Assembly: GCA_000961765.1 (NCBI GenBank)
Contig: LADT01000026.1
Coordinates: 88,541 to 152,540, forward strand
Length of the DNA stretch: 64,000 nt
Source of the DNA: Clostridiaceae bacterium BRH_c20a
GTDB lineage: Bacteria > Bacillota > Peptococcia > Peptococcales > BICA1-8
Direction: 5' to 3'
The position numbers and the translations under genes were made by a program. The notes under the pieces were generated by a model, which saw only the letters and a program-made list of their open reading frames with translations, was not told the DNA's origin and ran no database searches. Positions 1 to 9,630 of this stretch are shown here, piece by piece (the stretch's first letter is position 1; every line of letters starts with the position of its first letter).

Positions 1-722
1 ATACTTATGGTGATTATATTTCAGGAGTTGATTCTTCTGATTCAGCTAGAACATGTTACCAGTTAGTTGATAATATACTAAAACCCAACGATATGAAAAT
101 TGCTGGTATTATAACTTTTTTACTTGCAGCTTTAATAGGTCTTTATCTAGTATATTTAAGGGGTTATGTAATTCTGATAATTGGTTTAATAGGAATAGCC
201 GGAGGTTATACTTATACCTTAGGTCCATCACCGTATAAATATAAAGGACTAGGCTCAATATTTGTCTTTATCCTTATGGGACCTTTAATGGTTATTGGAG
301 CTTACTATGTCCAAACAGGAGTTTTTAACTGGATAATAGCATGGATTTCCTTGCCTATAAGTTTTTTAGTCTCTGGTATTCTCCATGCTAATGATTTAAG
401 GGACATTAATTATGATAATAAAGCAGGAATTAAGACTTTAGCTTTAATTTTAGGATGGGATAAGAGCTTTTTTTTATACCATTTGCTGAATATAAGTGCT
501 TTTTTATCATTAATTATTTTAGTAGGGGTCAGGGTACTACCGATTACAGCAATTATTCCACTCTTACTACTCCCTAAAGCACTGAGTATACTCAAGAATA
601 CTCAATCATCATTTAATGGAAGTAAAGAATATTTGATAATGCTTGAAGCTAAAGCTGCTCAGTTCCACCTTCAGTTCGGAGTAATGTTTATTGGAGGACT
701 GCTGCTTGACTTTATTATTTAG
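1..722 (+). CDS. menA: UbiA-family polyprenyltransferase, MenA-like (5' end outside window)
   Basis: Frame 3 is open from base 3 (TYGDYISGVDSSDSAR...) into ORF 93..722. Polytopic membrane protein with an Asp-rich NDLRDINYDxxxGIKTL motif typical of UbiA/MenA enzymes. Confidence 0.7.
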   Translation, partial: TYGDYISGVDSSDSARTCYQLVDNILKPNDMKIAGIITFLLAALIGLYLVYLRGYVILIIGLIGIAGGYTYTLGPSPYKYKGLGSIFVFILMGPLMVIGAYYVQTGVFNWIIAWISLPISFLVSGILHANDLRDINYDNKAGIKTLALILGWDKSFFLYHLLNISAFLSLIILVGVRVLPITAIIPLLLLPKALSILKNTQSSFNGSKEYLIMLEAKAAQFHLQFGVMFIGGLLLDFII

Positions 723-732
723 GAGGGAAAGG

Positions 733-1359
733 ATGTATAACCCTAAAATAAAAACTTTTAGTATAGTGATTACAATAGTATTAGCAATTGTATTTTGGTA
801 TTTAACCTTTTCTGTTAAGTTACTCAACTTTTGGCTATCAATGAGTATAGCTGCCACAACATTAAGTATATTAGCAATTTACTGGGGTGGTAATCCTTTT
901 AATAGTAAAGACCTTAATATCCGAACAATAATAATTGGTGTAGGTTCTGCAATTATATTATATTTTATTTTTTTAGCAGGCAATTTCCTTTCTCAATTTT
1001 TGTTTAATTTTGCTAAACCTCAAGTTTCATCAATTTATACTATTCGGACACAAGCAGAAGCTATTTATATTACATTAGTATTATTATTTATAACAAGTCC
1101 TGGAGAAGAAATATTTTGGAGGAATTTTTTACAACGTTGGTCAATGAAAAACTTTGGAGGGTTTAAAGGCTGGATATTTGCATCCTTAGTTTATGCTGGA
1201 GTTCATATTTCTTCTGGTAACTTTATGCTCGTAATGGCGGCACTTATAGCAGGTCTTTTTTGGGGTTATATTTATTGGAAAGAGGAAAATATTTTAGCAG
1301 TTTCAATTTCCCATGCTTTATGGACTACAGGAATTTTTGTATTTTTTCCTGTCATGTAA
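733..1359 (+). CDS. CPBP-family intramembrane glutamic endopeptidase (CAAX protease-like)
   Basis: Part of ORF 691..1359. The ATG at 733 follows AGGAGGG. Multi-TM protein with an EEIFWRNF (EExxxR) motif and downstream His motifs (HISSGN, SHALW). Confidence 0.75.
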   Translation: MYNPKIKTFSIVITIVLAIVFWYLTFSVKLLNFWLSMSIAATTLSILAIYWGGNPFNSKDLNIRTIIIGVGSAIILYFIFLAGNFLSQFLFNFAKPQVSSIYTIRTQAEAIYITLVLLFITSPGEEIFWRNFLQRWSMKNFGGFKGWIFASLVYAGVHISSGNFMLVMAALIAGLFWGYIYWKEENILAVSISHALWTTGIFVFFPVM

Positions 1360-1368
1360 ATTTAATAT

Positions 1369-1408
1369 AAGAGATAAAGCCAGGAGGTGACTCCTGGCTT
1401 TATCTCTT
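1369..1408 (+). terminator. 18-bp-stem hairpin after the CPBP gene
   Basis: AAGAGATAAAGCCAGGAG-gtga-CTCCTGGCTTTATCTCTT. The T-run is weak. The same CCAGGAG-GNGA-CTCCTGG core recurs at 26265. Confidence 0.55.
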
Positions 1409-1484
1409 ATTGATAAAAAAATTTCTTATGTATTGCCCCCCAACAGGGTTTCTTTTTATCTCTACTTATCCGTGATTCACTTAT

Positions 1485-1521
1485 CCCTCCAATATATAAA
1501 TAAAATTTATATATTGGAGGG
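1485..1521. repeat. Perfect 17-bp-arm palindrome with a 3-nt spacer
   Basis: CCCTCCAATATATAAAT-aaa-ATTTATATATTGGAGGG, read directly from the sequence. Confidence 0.9.
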
Positions 1522-1559
1522 GATGCATTGGATAAATATAAATAAAAAAAAATTATACA

Positions 1560-1577
1560 TTGTAACTTAGGTTACAA
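1560..1577. promoter_or_regulatory. TGTAAC-N4-GTTACA palindrome, candidate Crp/Fnr-type operator upstream of ASST-like gene 1
   Basis: tTGTAACttagGTTACAa. A near-identical box (TGTAACtaaaGCTACA) sits upstream of the second ASST gene at 5794..5809. Confidence 0.4.
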
Positions 1578-1837
1578 TTAAATACCGAAACCGTAGACTA
1601 TAATCTTATTAAAGATAGAATAGTGATTGAAATAGATGGGCAAATAAATTATCCCAAAATACAATTAAAAGTGAAAAAAATATTTAGCACAAGCAATGAT
1701 GTGAAAAAAAGCACAAATATTAACGATGTTACTAAAATTAATTATATTAGGGAGGTGTTAGGTCAACTAGAAAATTTTCTAAACCCCTATTTTTAATTAA
1801 AGAAAACATCAACCATTTTTAAGGAGGAGATTTTAAT

Positions 1838-3322
1838 ATGGGTCATCCTACAATATATCCGACGGGTACTACAGTATATAATCCGGAAAAGGCTTCAAAC
1901 GGTTATACGATTTTCCAAGCAGCAGAGTACGGTGCAATGTTGATTGATATGAACGGTAAAGAAGTAAAGGTCTGGAAAGGGCTCCATGGCTTTCCAAATA
2001 AAATGCTTCCCGGCGGTTTTGTTATGGGTAGTAGAGGTCAAAGGGATACAAAATATGGTTATCAAGACAACGTTGATTTAATCCAAGTTGACTGGGAGGG
2101 TAATGTAGTCTGGGAATTTAACCAATATGAATATATCGAAGATCCTGGTAATGAGCCCCGCTGGATGGCTAGACAGCACCATGATTATCAAAGAGAGGGT
2201 AATCCTGTAGGTTACTATGTGCCTGGCATGGACCCCAAAACCGATGGTGGTAACACCTTAATTCTTGCTCATAAAAATGTATACAATAAGAAAATTTCCG
2301 ATAAAAATCTGATGGATGATGCCATCATTGAGGTTGATTGGGAAGGAAATATTGTTTGGGAATGGCTCTGTAACGAGCATTTTGATGAACTAGGTTTCTC
2401 AGAAGCTGAAAAAAATGTTCTTTTCCGTGATCCTAATATGCATGCTTGCGGTGGTGGTACTGGAGATTGGATGCATATCAATTCTATGTCCGCTTTAGGG
2501 CCAAACAAATGGTATGACCAAGGTGATGAAAGATTCCATCCTGATAATATCATCTGGGATGCTCGGGAATCCAACATTACAGCAATCATTAGTAAGGAAA
2601 CCGGAAAAATAGTGTGGAAACTAGGTCCGGACTTCACAACAACTAAAGAATTAAGAAAAATGGGTGTTATTATTGGTCAACACCATGCCCACATGATTCC
2701 CAAAGGATTACCAGGTGAAGGCAATATTCTTATCTATGATAACGGCGGCTGGGCAGGCTATGGCATTCCAAGTCAAACCTCGGTGTATGGTACTAAGGTA
2801 CAGAAGAGGGACTATTCAAGGGTTATTGAGATTGATCCAGTAACTTTAAAAATTGTATGGCAGCACACTCCGACAGAGGCTGGTTATCTAGAGCCCTTCC
2901 ATTCCCATCATTATTACAGTCCCTTTATCAGCAGTGCTCAAAGGATGCCCAATGGTAACACATTTATTGACGAGGGCTCCGGCGGCAGATTAATGGAGGT
3001 AACTCAAGACCATGAATTGGTATGGGAATATATTTCTCCTTATTGGGGCAAGCAATTTAAATTAAATATGATTTATCGTGCTTACCGTTTGCCTTATGAA
3101 TGGGTACCACAAGTAGAAAAACCAGAAGAAGTCGCTATCGAGCGAATTGATGTTAACAGCTTTAGAATGCCCGGAGCAGCACCACTGGGCTGTGATGATG
3201 TAGTAGAAGTCGAGGGAACCTTGGGCTATGGAGATGTAGATGGTTTCTGTGTTACCACAGATGAGGCACCGGCGGTAAAAGAGGATGACGATGATGAATA
3301 CGGTGGAGTAATAAGGATATAG
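1838..3322 (+). CDS. Arylsulfotransferase (ASST)-like beta-propeller protein with no signal peptide
   Basis: GGAGG RBS upstream. His-rich motifs (QHHDYQREGNP, WMHINS, GQHHAHMIP) resemble the ASST family. Acidic C-terminal tail. Confidence 0.65.
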   Translation: MGHPTIYPTGTTVYNPEKASNGYTIFQAAEYGAMLIDMNGKEVKVWKGLHGFPNKMLPGGFVMGSRGQRDTKYGYQDNVDLIQVDWEGNVVWEFNQYEYIEDPGNEPRWMARQHHDYQREGNPVGYYVPGMDPKTDGGNTLILAHKNVYNKKISDKNLMDDAIIEVDWEGNIVWEWLCNEHFDELGFSEAEKNVLFRDPNMHACGGGTGDWMHINSMSALGPNKWYDQGDERFHPDNIIWDARESNITAIISKETGKIVWKLGPDFTTTKELRKMGVIIGQHHAHMIPKGLPGEGNILIYDNGGWAGYGIPSQTSVYGTKVQKRDYSRVIEIDPVTLKIVWQHTPTEAGYLEPFHSHHYYSPFISSAQRMPNGNTFIDEGSGGRLMEVTQDHELVWEYISPYWGKQFKLNMIYRAYRLPYEWVPQVEKPEEVAIERIDVNSFRMPGAAPLGCDDVVEVEGTLGYGDVDGFCVTTDEAPAVKEDDDDEYGGVIRI

Positions 3323-3342
3323 AAAAATATAAGGGGGCAGCA

Positions 3343-4788
3343 TTGCCCCCCACGACCCAAATGAAAAACACAAAAATGAAAGAGGTGTTGAATGTGCAAC
3401 CAGTTATTAATACTAATCCCAAGGTAATGGATAAAAAGTATTTAATTTTTTGGGTTATTACAATTGCGTTACCCTTAGCAATAATGTTAATACCTGTTTC
3501 TGAAGTTTTCACAGCACAATTAAGATTATATTTAGCCATAACACTATGTGCGATCTTTATGTTTGCTTTTGAAGCTATCCCCAATCTAATCCCTGCCTTG
3601 CTTTTACCTTCTGCTTATTTGCTTACTAAACTTGCTCCAGCAGCAGCGGTTTTTGGACCTTGGTCAACATATATTCCGTGGATGTTTATGGGTGGTATAT
3701 TGTTAGCAAATTGTATAGAAACCACAGGTCTACTTAGAAGGATTGCTTATTGGAGTATCATAAAAACAGGTGGAACCTATAATGGCATTTTATATGGTAT
3801 CTTGCTTGCCGGAATTATTTTAAACCTGCTTATACCTGCTCAAGCTGTAATACCCTTAGCGGCTTTTACTTACGGAATTTGTATGGCTTTAAATTTGGGA
3901 AAATCCAAAGAGTCTGCCGGTATTATGTTGGCGGGTGCTTTTGCAGCCCTTTTACCTCTATTCTTTTTCTATAATCCTAACTTTGCAGTTGTTCTGGGTG
4001 CAGCATCAACTGTACATCCTGTAAAAATGACCTGGTTTACGTATTTTTTTCATAACCTTCCTAATATTCCCTGGGCTTTTCTTTGTATATTTATTACTTC
4101 TAAGGTTTTTAAGCCCAGTAAACCTTTTGATGTCAAAGACTTTATTGTTGAGGAACATAAAAGATTAGGCCCAATGTCTATCCTAGAAAAAAAGGCTATG
4201 TTTGTATGTCTGCTTTTAATTGCCTTTCTCATGACAGGTGGATTACACGGCATTGAAATCGGGTGGGGTTTTGTTATTGCAGCTGCTTTGATGTATATGC
4301 CGGGTATAAATGTGGGTACTGATCAAGATATTAAGAGAATAAATTTCCCGATATTATTCTTTGTTACTGCATGTATGGCTATTGGTTCTGTAGCTAATGT
4401 ACTAGGTTTTGGTAAGCTGTTAGCTCAAGCATTGCTGCCAATTATGTCTTCAAGCGGAACAACTGGTACAATTGGACTTGTTTGGCTATTATGTGTAGTC
4501 GCTAACTTCCTTATGACTCCCTTGGCAATTATGGCAGCCTTTAGTGCTCCTTTAGCTGAAGTTGCACTAGGTTTAGGAATAGACCCATTAGCCTTTTTCT
4601 ACACAATCTTCCATGCAGTAGACCAGATAATATTCCCCTACGAATACGTACTCTATTTGATATATTTCGCTTTTGGTTTAATTACTATCAAGGATTTTAT
4701 GAAAATTTTCAGTATAAAAATGGTAACAAGTATTATTCTTATTCTATTTGTCTTAATCCCATACTGGAAGTTAATAGGCTTACTCTAA
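3343..4788 (+). CDS. Polytopic anion/organic-acid permease (ArsB/NhaD/SLC13-like superfamily); start uncertain
   Basis: About 12 predicted TM segments throughout. Alternative starts lie at 3361, 3376 and 3427. Confidence 0.6.
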   Translation: MPPTTQMKNTKMKEVLNVQPVINTNPKVMDKKYLIFWVITIALPLAIMLIPVSEVFTAQLRLYLAITLCAIFMFAFEAIPNLIPALLLPSAYLLTKLAPAAAVFGPWSTYIPWMFMGGILLANCIETTGLLRRIAYWSIIKTGGTYNGILYGILLAGIILNLLIPAQAVIPLAAFTYGICMALNLGKSKESAGIMLAGAFAALLPLFFFYNPNFAVVLGAASTVHPVKMTWFTYFFHNLPNIPWAFLCIFITSKVFKPSKPFDVKDFIVEEHKRLGPMSILEKKAMFVCLLLIAFLMTGGLHGIEIGWGFVIAAALMYMPGINVGTDQDIKRINFPILFFVTACMAIGSVANVLGFGKLLAQALLPIMSSSGTTGTIGLVWLLCVVANFLMTPLAIMAAFSAPLAEVALGLGIDPLAFFYTIFHAVDQIIFPYEYVLYLIYFAFGLITIKDFMKIFSIKMVTSIILILFVLIPYWKLIGLL

Positions 4789-4934
4789 AACTTTCCTAAA
4801 AGGTAAAATTGGTACAATATGGGGAGCTTAATTGCTCCCCAATTAATGTTTAATTTGACGAAAAATAATAATTGCTAATTATAAATAAAATTTATATGAT
4901 TATATTATAAGTTAATAAATTAGAAGGTGAAAAT

Positions 4935-5657
4935 ATGGACGCCAAGACTAAAGAATTGGTAGAGCATATTACAACATCTATTATGTTTGATAAAAATACT
5001 TTAGATGGTGAAGGGATGTCACCCGCTATTTGGAATAAGTATCTTTGTTTGAGTAACGGAAAAAAGGTTAGAAAAAAAGGAGATTACCTATTAGAGATAG
5101 GTGAAAATATAAATGGAGTTTATTTTGTGAAAAAAGGGAGAATTGTTTCAAATATTTTAGGTAAAGAAGGTATCATTAAAACCGTTGGTATAGTAGATGA
5201 AAGCTGCTTATTTGGAGAACAATTTATTTTTCACCGGCAGCCAGCGTTGTTCGAAGCATTTGTATTAGAAGATGCTGAAGTTTACTTTTTTCCTAAAGAC
5301 ACTATTCTGGATATTATGCGTAAGGACTTTGAAATAAATATCTTTATTATGAAATCCCTGGCTATCAAGTCAAGAATGCTTTGTAGTCAAATTGAAGATG
5401 TGTGTATTCGTAATATTGCTCAAAATATTTGTAAGATTTTGTACTCTATTTGCTGTTATGAAGAAAAATCTGGAGAGATTATTGGCGATATTCTTATTCA
5501 GCTGTCCCACCAGGATTTAGCTAATATGCTGGGTTCCCATCGTGTAACAGTTACAAAAAACATAAACCTGCTTAAAAAACAGGGTATTTTGGATTATAAA
5601 TATGAGAGAATAATAATAAAAGATAGACATAAATTAAAAAAGATCGCCTTTGAATAA
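4935..5657 (+). CDS. Crp/Fnr-family transcriptional regulator
   Basis: N-terminal cNMP-binding-like beta-roll (GDYLLEIGENINGVYFVKKGRI) and a C-terminal HTH (SHQDLANMLGSHRVTVTKNINLLKKQG). Confidence 0.85.
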   Translation: MDAKTKELVEHITTSIMFDKNTLDGEGMSPAIWNKYLCLSNGKKVRKKGDYLLEIGENINGVYFVKKGRIVSNILGKEGIIKTVGIVDESCLFGEQFIFHRQPALFEAFVLEDAEVYFFPKDTILDIMRKDFEINIFIMKSLAIKSRMLCSQIEDVCIRNIAQNICKILYSICCYEEKSGEIIGDILIQLSHQDLANMLGSHRVTVTKNINLLKKQGILDYKYERIIIKDRHKLKKIAFE

Positions 5658-5668
5658 GGCATAAGGAC

Positions 5669-5714
5669 ATAGCGATAGTTAATCAGTAAAAAATTACTGA
5701 CTAACTATCGCTAT
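5669..5714 (+). terminator. Long hairpin after the crp-like gene
   Basis: ATAGCGATAGTTAATCAGTAA-aaaa-TTACTGACTAACTATCGCTAT. Confidence 0.65.
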
Positions 5715-5793
5715 TGTTATTCAACTCACTATTCTAATAAAAATTCTTTGTATCGTGGTCAGCGTTATATCATTCCTTATATTATTTTTGAAC

Positions 5794-5809
5794 TGTAACT
5801 AAAGCTACA
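5794..5809. promoter_or_regulatory. TGTAAC-N4-GCTACA box upstream of ASST gene 2
   Basis: One mismatch from the perfect palindrome at 1560..1577. Confidence 0.35.
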
Positions 5810-5981
5810 ATTGAAACCATACCTAATGCTTTATAATTAGAATAAGCGCTAAAAAATAAATGGTATAAAAATAAATAATGAAATAGTTGTAGATGAGATA
5901 CTTTTTTAAAAAAGCAGTGTTATTTAAGAAGATTTCAAAAATAATAAGTTTAACTAGGCATTATAATTAAAAAAATAAGGA

Positions 5982-7874
5982 GTGGAAATTTTGAGGAAAT
6001 ATTTAGAAACTCACAAACATTTAATTACTTTGCAAAATGAATCTGAAGATAAATTTTTAGCTGAGCTAAGGGCAGGAAACCATGCTTTAGAAAATCCACT
6101 TGTCATCAAAAATCCATATCTGATTAATCCACTGGCAGCAGTAATTTGTTTTAATACAGAGGAAGAAACTACGGTAGAAGTAACTATTAAAGGTAAAGCA
6201 GTCGAGGGTGATTTTAAACATAAGTTTGGTGCTACAAAAGAGCACGCATTACCAATTTACGGTTTATATGATGATTATGAGAATACTGTTGTTTTAACTC
6301 TTGGAAATGGAAAAACATCTGAAGTTAAAATTGAAATCGAGGAGTTAAACATTAATAAAGCATTATATTGTAACACTACATATGAATATTTTGGAAAAGA
6401 TATTATGACAATTTCAACTGCTACTCCTTTAGTTAATTCTTCTAAAACTTGTGGTTTTGATTATGCTGGTGACTTAAGATGGGTTTTGACTGAAAAGGCA
6501 AGTTGGGATATTAAAAAATTAGCTAATGGAAGGCTTTTAGTAACTTCTTATAGATCAATGCAAAAACCCTATTATACTGTTGGTCTTATGGAACTAGATT
6601 TCTGTGGCAAAATCTATGCTGAATATAGATTACCAGGTGGATATCACCATGATGCCATAGAATTAGAAAATGGTAACATATTAGCTGCCTCTGATGATGA
6701 TTTTGCTGAATCCGTTGAAGACTATGTTGTTGAAGTTGACAGAGCAACTGGTGAAGTTGTTAAATCGTGGAGTTTACTTAATATATTACCAAGAGAACTA
6801 GGTAAAGCCGGTGATTGGAATCACCATGATTGGTTTCATAATAACGCTGTTTGGTATGATAAAGCTACTAATTCAATTACAATGTCAGGAAGACATCAAG
6901 ATGCTGTAATTAACTTCGGATATGATACAGGTGAGTTAAATTGGATTATTGGTGACCCTGAAGGCTGGGGAGAAGAGTGGCAGAGATATTTTTTTAAAAA
7001 CGTAACAAAAGGTGATTTTGACTGGCAATATGAACAACATGCTGCAATGATTTTGCCAAATGGTGACGTATTCCTTTTCGATAATGGGACATATAGATCC
7101 AAAACTGAAGAGAATAGAGTACCACCAAATGAAAACTTCTCTAGAGGTGTTATCTATAGAATTAATACTGATAAAATGGAAATAGAACAGGTTTGGCAGT
7201 ATGGTAAAGAAAGAGGAGCAGAATTTTATTCACCATATATAAGTAATGTGGATTACTATGGTGAAGGTCACTATATGATACACTCAGGTGGCATTTCAAC
7301 ATTCAGAGGAAAGCATACAGATGAATTAGGTGCATTACAAGTAAACAAATATAAAGACCAACATATTCATCTAACTTTAGAATCGACTACTGTCGAATTA
7401 TTAAATGATGAAGTTAAATATGAATTGAATGTCAAAGGTGGTAACTACTACAGAGCAAGAAGACTTGCTTTATATGATGAATCCACTAGCTTTAAACTAG
7501 GTAAAGGTAAATTCTTAGGTGGATTTGGAGTAACCCCTGAATTTGGCATGAAGATCAAATTTAAGGATGCTGATGAAGAACTACCTGCAAAAAACAATGT
7601 TTCTTTAGTGCTAGAAGAAGATAGATTGGCACTTCGTGGGACATTTATCGAAGGTTCTCAAGTACTTCTTGAGATAAAAGGTAAAGATAAGTCTAAGTTC
7701 TATTCAATACCAACAGATGTTCATGACATCACAGCCGCTTGTGTCTCTTTTGAAGAACAAAAAGAAAATGATGTTCAATTTTATTTAAGTAGAGAAGAAT
7801 TATCTGGTGAGTTTGATATTTACTTAAATATTGATAACACAAGATATGATACTAAACTATCAGTAAAGTTATAA
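5982..7874 (+). CDS. Aryl-sulfate sulfotransferase (AssT)-family protein
   Basis: Motifs GGYHHDAIELENGN, NHHDWFHNNAV and YEQHAAMILPNGD are characteristic of ASST beta-propellers. No signal peptide. Confidence 0.75.
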   Translation: MEILRKYLETHKHLITLQNESEDKFLAELRAGNHALENPLVIKNPYLINPLAAVICFNTEEETTVEVTIKGKAVEGDFKHKFGATKEHALPIYGLYDDYENTVVLTLGNGKTSEVKIEIEELNINKALYCNTTYEYFGKDIMTISTATPLVNSSKTCGFDYAGDLRWVLTEKASWDIKKLANGRLLVTSYRSMQKPYYTVGLMELDFCGKIYAEYRLPGGYHHDAIELENGNILAASDDDFAESVEDYVVEVDRATGEVVKSWSLLNILPRELGKAGDWNHHDWFHNNAVWYDKATNSITMSGRHQDAVINFGYDTGELNWIIGDPEGWGEEWQRYFFKNVTKGDFDWQYEQHAAMILPNGDVFLFDNGTYRSKTEENRVPPNENFSRGVIYRINTDKMEIEQVWQYGKERGAEFYSPYISNVDYYGEGHYMIHSGGISTFRGKHTDELGALQVNKYKDQHIHLTLESTTVELLNDEVKYELNVKGGNYYRARRLALYDESTSFKLGKGKFLGGFGVTPEFGMKIKFKDADEELPAKNNVSLVLEEDRLALRGTFIEGSQVLLEIKGKDKSKFYSIPTDVHDITAACVSFEEQKENDVQFYLSREELSGEFDIYLNIDNTRYDTKLSVKL

Positions 7875-8010
7875 AATTAAGTTGGCTTTGCACGTACTAA
7901 TTTGAAAGGGTTTTTTCGTATTTATTGTTTACGGAAAAACCCTAAAAATTGTTGTAATATTGAATTGAGAATTGATAGTTGATTGTTAATAATATAGGGA
8001 GGGTTTTAGG

Positions 8011-8331
8011 ATGGCAATAAACAAAATTGATTCTAAAGCATTGGATGAAGCAATTTTTAATAATAATGAAGCTTCTGTAGTTATATTTTCAAGAGAAGGC
8101 TGTCATGTTTGCCAGGATGTTGTACCAAGGGTTGAAGAAGTCTCAAAAGAATATGACGGCAAATTATCTTTTTATTATGTTGATGTTGAAGAAGAAAAGG
8201 ATTTATTTAAAAAGTTTTCCCTTAAAGGGGTTCCACAACTGTTATTTTTTAAAGATCGAGAATTTCATGGAAAGCTAGCAGGAGATGTAGAAAAGGAAGA
8301 TATTATAGGGAAAATTGAAGATTTGATATAA
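8011..8331 (+). CDS. Thioredoxin-family protein (CHVC active site)
   Basis: 106 aa with a Trx fold pattern: REGCHVCQD ... GVPQLLFF. Confidence 0.8.
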   Translation: MAINKIDSKALDEAIFNNNEASVVIFSREGCHVCQDVVPRVEEVSKEYDGKLSFYYVDVEEEKDLFKKFSLKGVPQLLFFKDREFHGKLAGDVEKEDIIGKIEDLI

Positions 8332-8344
8332 GAGGTGCTTAAGT

Positions 8345-9556
8345 ATGAGTAATTACGATTTTATAATAATCGGAGGGGGACCAGCGGGGTTAACTGCTGC
8401 TATTTTCGGAGCCAGAGCTAGACTAAAAACTTTAGTTATCAATAAAGGGAGTATAGGTGGAATGGCTCATACGACACGGGAGATAGTAAACTATCCTGGA
8501 TATGGGCAAACAAGTGGTCCTCAATTAATGCTAGATTTCAAAAAACATGCTGAAAAATTTGGTGCCCAGTTTATTAAGGATGAAGTTGTAGAAGTAGATT
8601 TTTTGCAAGATGAAAAATTAATTAAAACGAAAAAAGGAAAAGAATTCACTGCAAAAGCTGTTATTTTGGGATGTGGTACTCAGCCACGACTTCTTAATAT
8701 TCCAGGTGAAATAAGGTTAAGAGGTAGTGGTGTTGCATATTGTGCTACCTGTGATGCAGAATTCTTTGAAGGTGAAGATGTAGTTGTAATCGGTAGTGGT
8801 GATCAAGCAATTGAAGAGGGTATGTATATTGCTAAATTTGCAAAGAAGGTTACTGTTATCGTTCTTCATGATGAAGGAATACTTGATTGCAACAAGATTA
8901 GTGCTGAAAAAGCCTTTAATAATGAAAAAATGAAGTTCATATGGAATTCAACAATTGAAGAAGTATTAGGCGATTCTAATGTTGAAGGTGTTAAAATTAA
9001 GAATATTAAGACAGGAGAAAGTACTAAGTTGGCCTGTCAAGGTGTATTCTTTTTTGTAGGAATGATCCCATCTACTAGTTTCCTGGAAAACAGTGGAATT
9101 GAGATGGATCAAAAAGGCTATATTCCAGTCGATAAGTCAATGGAGACTAACATTGAAGGTATTTATGCTGTGGGTGATAACAGAGTTAAATATTTAAGAC
9201 AAGTCGTATCAGCAGCAGGTGATGGTGCGACAGCAGCAGTTGCCGCTGAAAGGTATATCGAAGAGTTAAATGATTTTAAAAAGAATGTAGTTGAAAAGGA
9301 GAATGTTATACTACTATTTTTTAGTCCTATGATAGAAGAAAGCTTAGCTTTTAACACTGTTTTAGAAAAGGTTGTTAGTGAAAATGGATACAACTATAAA
9401 ATAGTTAGAGTGGATATTTCAAGAAAGAAAATGTTAGCTGAAAAATATGGTGTGGAAGAAACACCCTCCGCTATTGTTTTAAATAAAGGTGTAATTATAA
9501 AAGGACTAAATTGTGTTATAGATGAAGTAAAATTAAAATCTCAGTTGGAAATATAA
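8345..9556 (+). CDS. Thioredoxin-reductase-like FAD/NAD(P) oxidoreductase with a C-terminal Trx-fold extension
   Basis: GGGPAG dinucleotide motif, redox CATC (AYCATCDAEFF), GSGDQAIEEG NAD(P) motif, and GD motif AVGD. About 90 extra C-terminal residues lack a CxxC. Confidence 0.8.
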   Translation: MSNYDFIIIGGGPAGLTAAIFGARARLKTLVINKGSIGGMAHTTREIVNYPGYGQTSGPQLMLDFKKHAEKFGAQFIKDEVVEVDFLQDEKLIKTKKGKEFTAKAVILGCGTQPRLLNIPGEIRLRGSGVAYCATCDAEFFEGEDVVVIGSGDQAIEEGMYIAKFAKKVTVIVLHDEGILDCNKISAEKAFNNEKMKFIWNSTIEEVLGDSNVEGVKIKNIKTGESTKLACQGVFFFVGMIPSTSFLENSGIEMDQKGYIPVDKSMETNIEGIYAVGDNRVKYLRQVVSAAGDGATAAVAAERYIEELNDFKKNVVEKENVILLFFSPMIEESLAFNTVLEKVVSENGYNYKIVRVDISRKKMLAEKYGVEETPSAIVLNKGVIIKGLNCVIDEVKLKSQLEI

Positions 9557-9630
9557 TGGGGAAGTGAATAGTTTCTAACAAGTAAAGCTTTATATGTAAA
9601 AGTTATTATTGATGAAAGGGGGAAAGAAAG

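Noticed and set aside
2269-2637. Antisense or alternative-frame ORFs inside well-supported genes (for example 2269-2637, 22897-23307, 25865-26167, 53076-53543, 55572-56030, 62142-62432)
   Set aside because: They lie entirely within longer ORFs that have clear family motifs. They lack RBSs and have shadow-frame composition.
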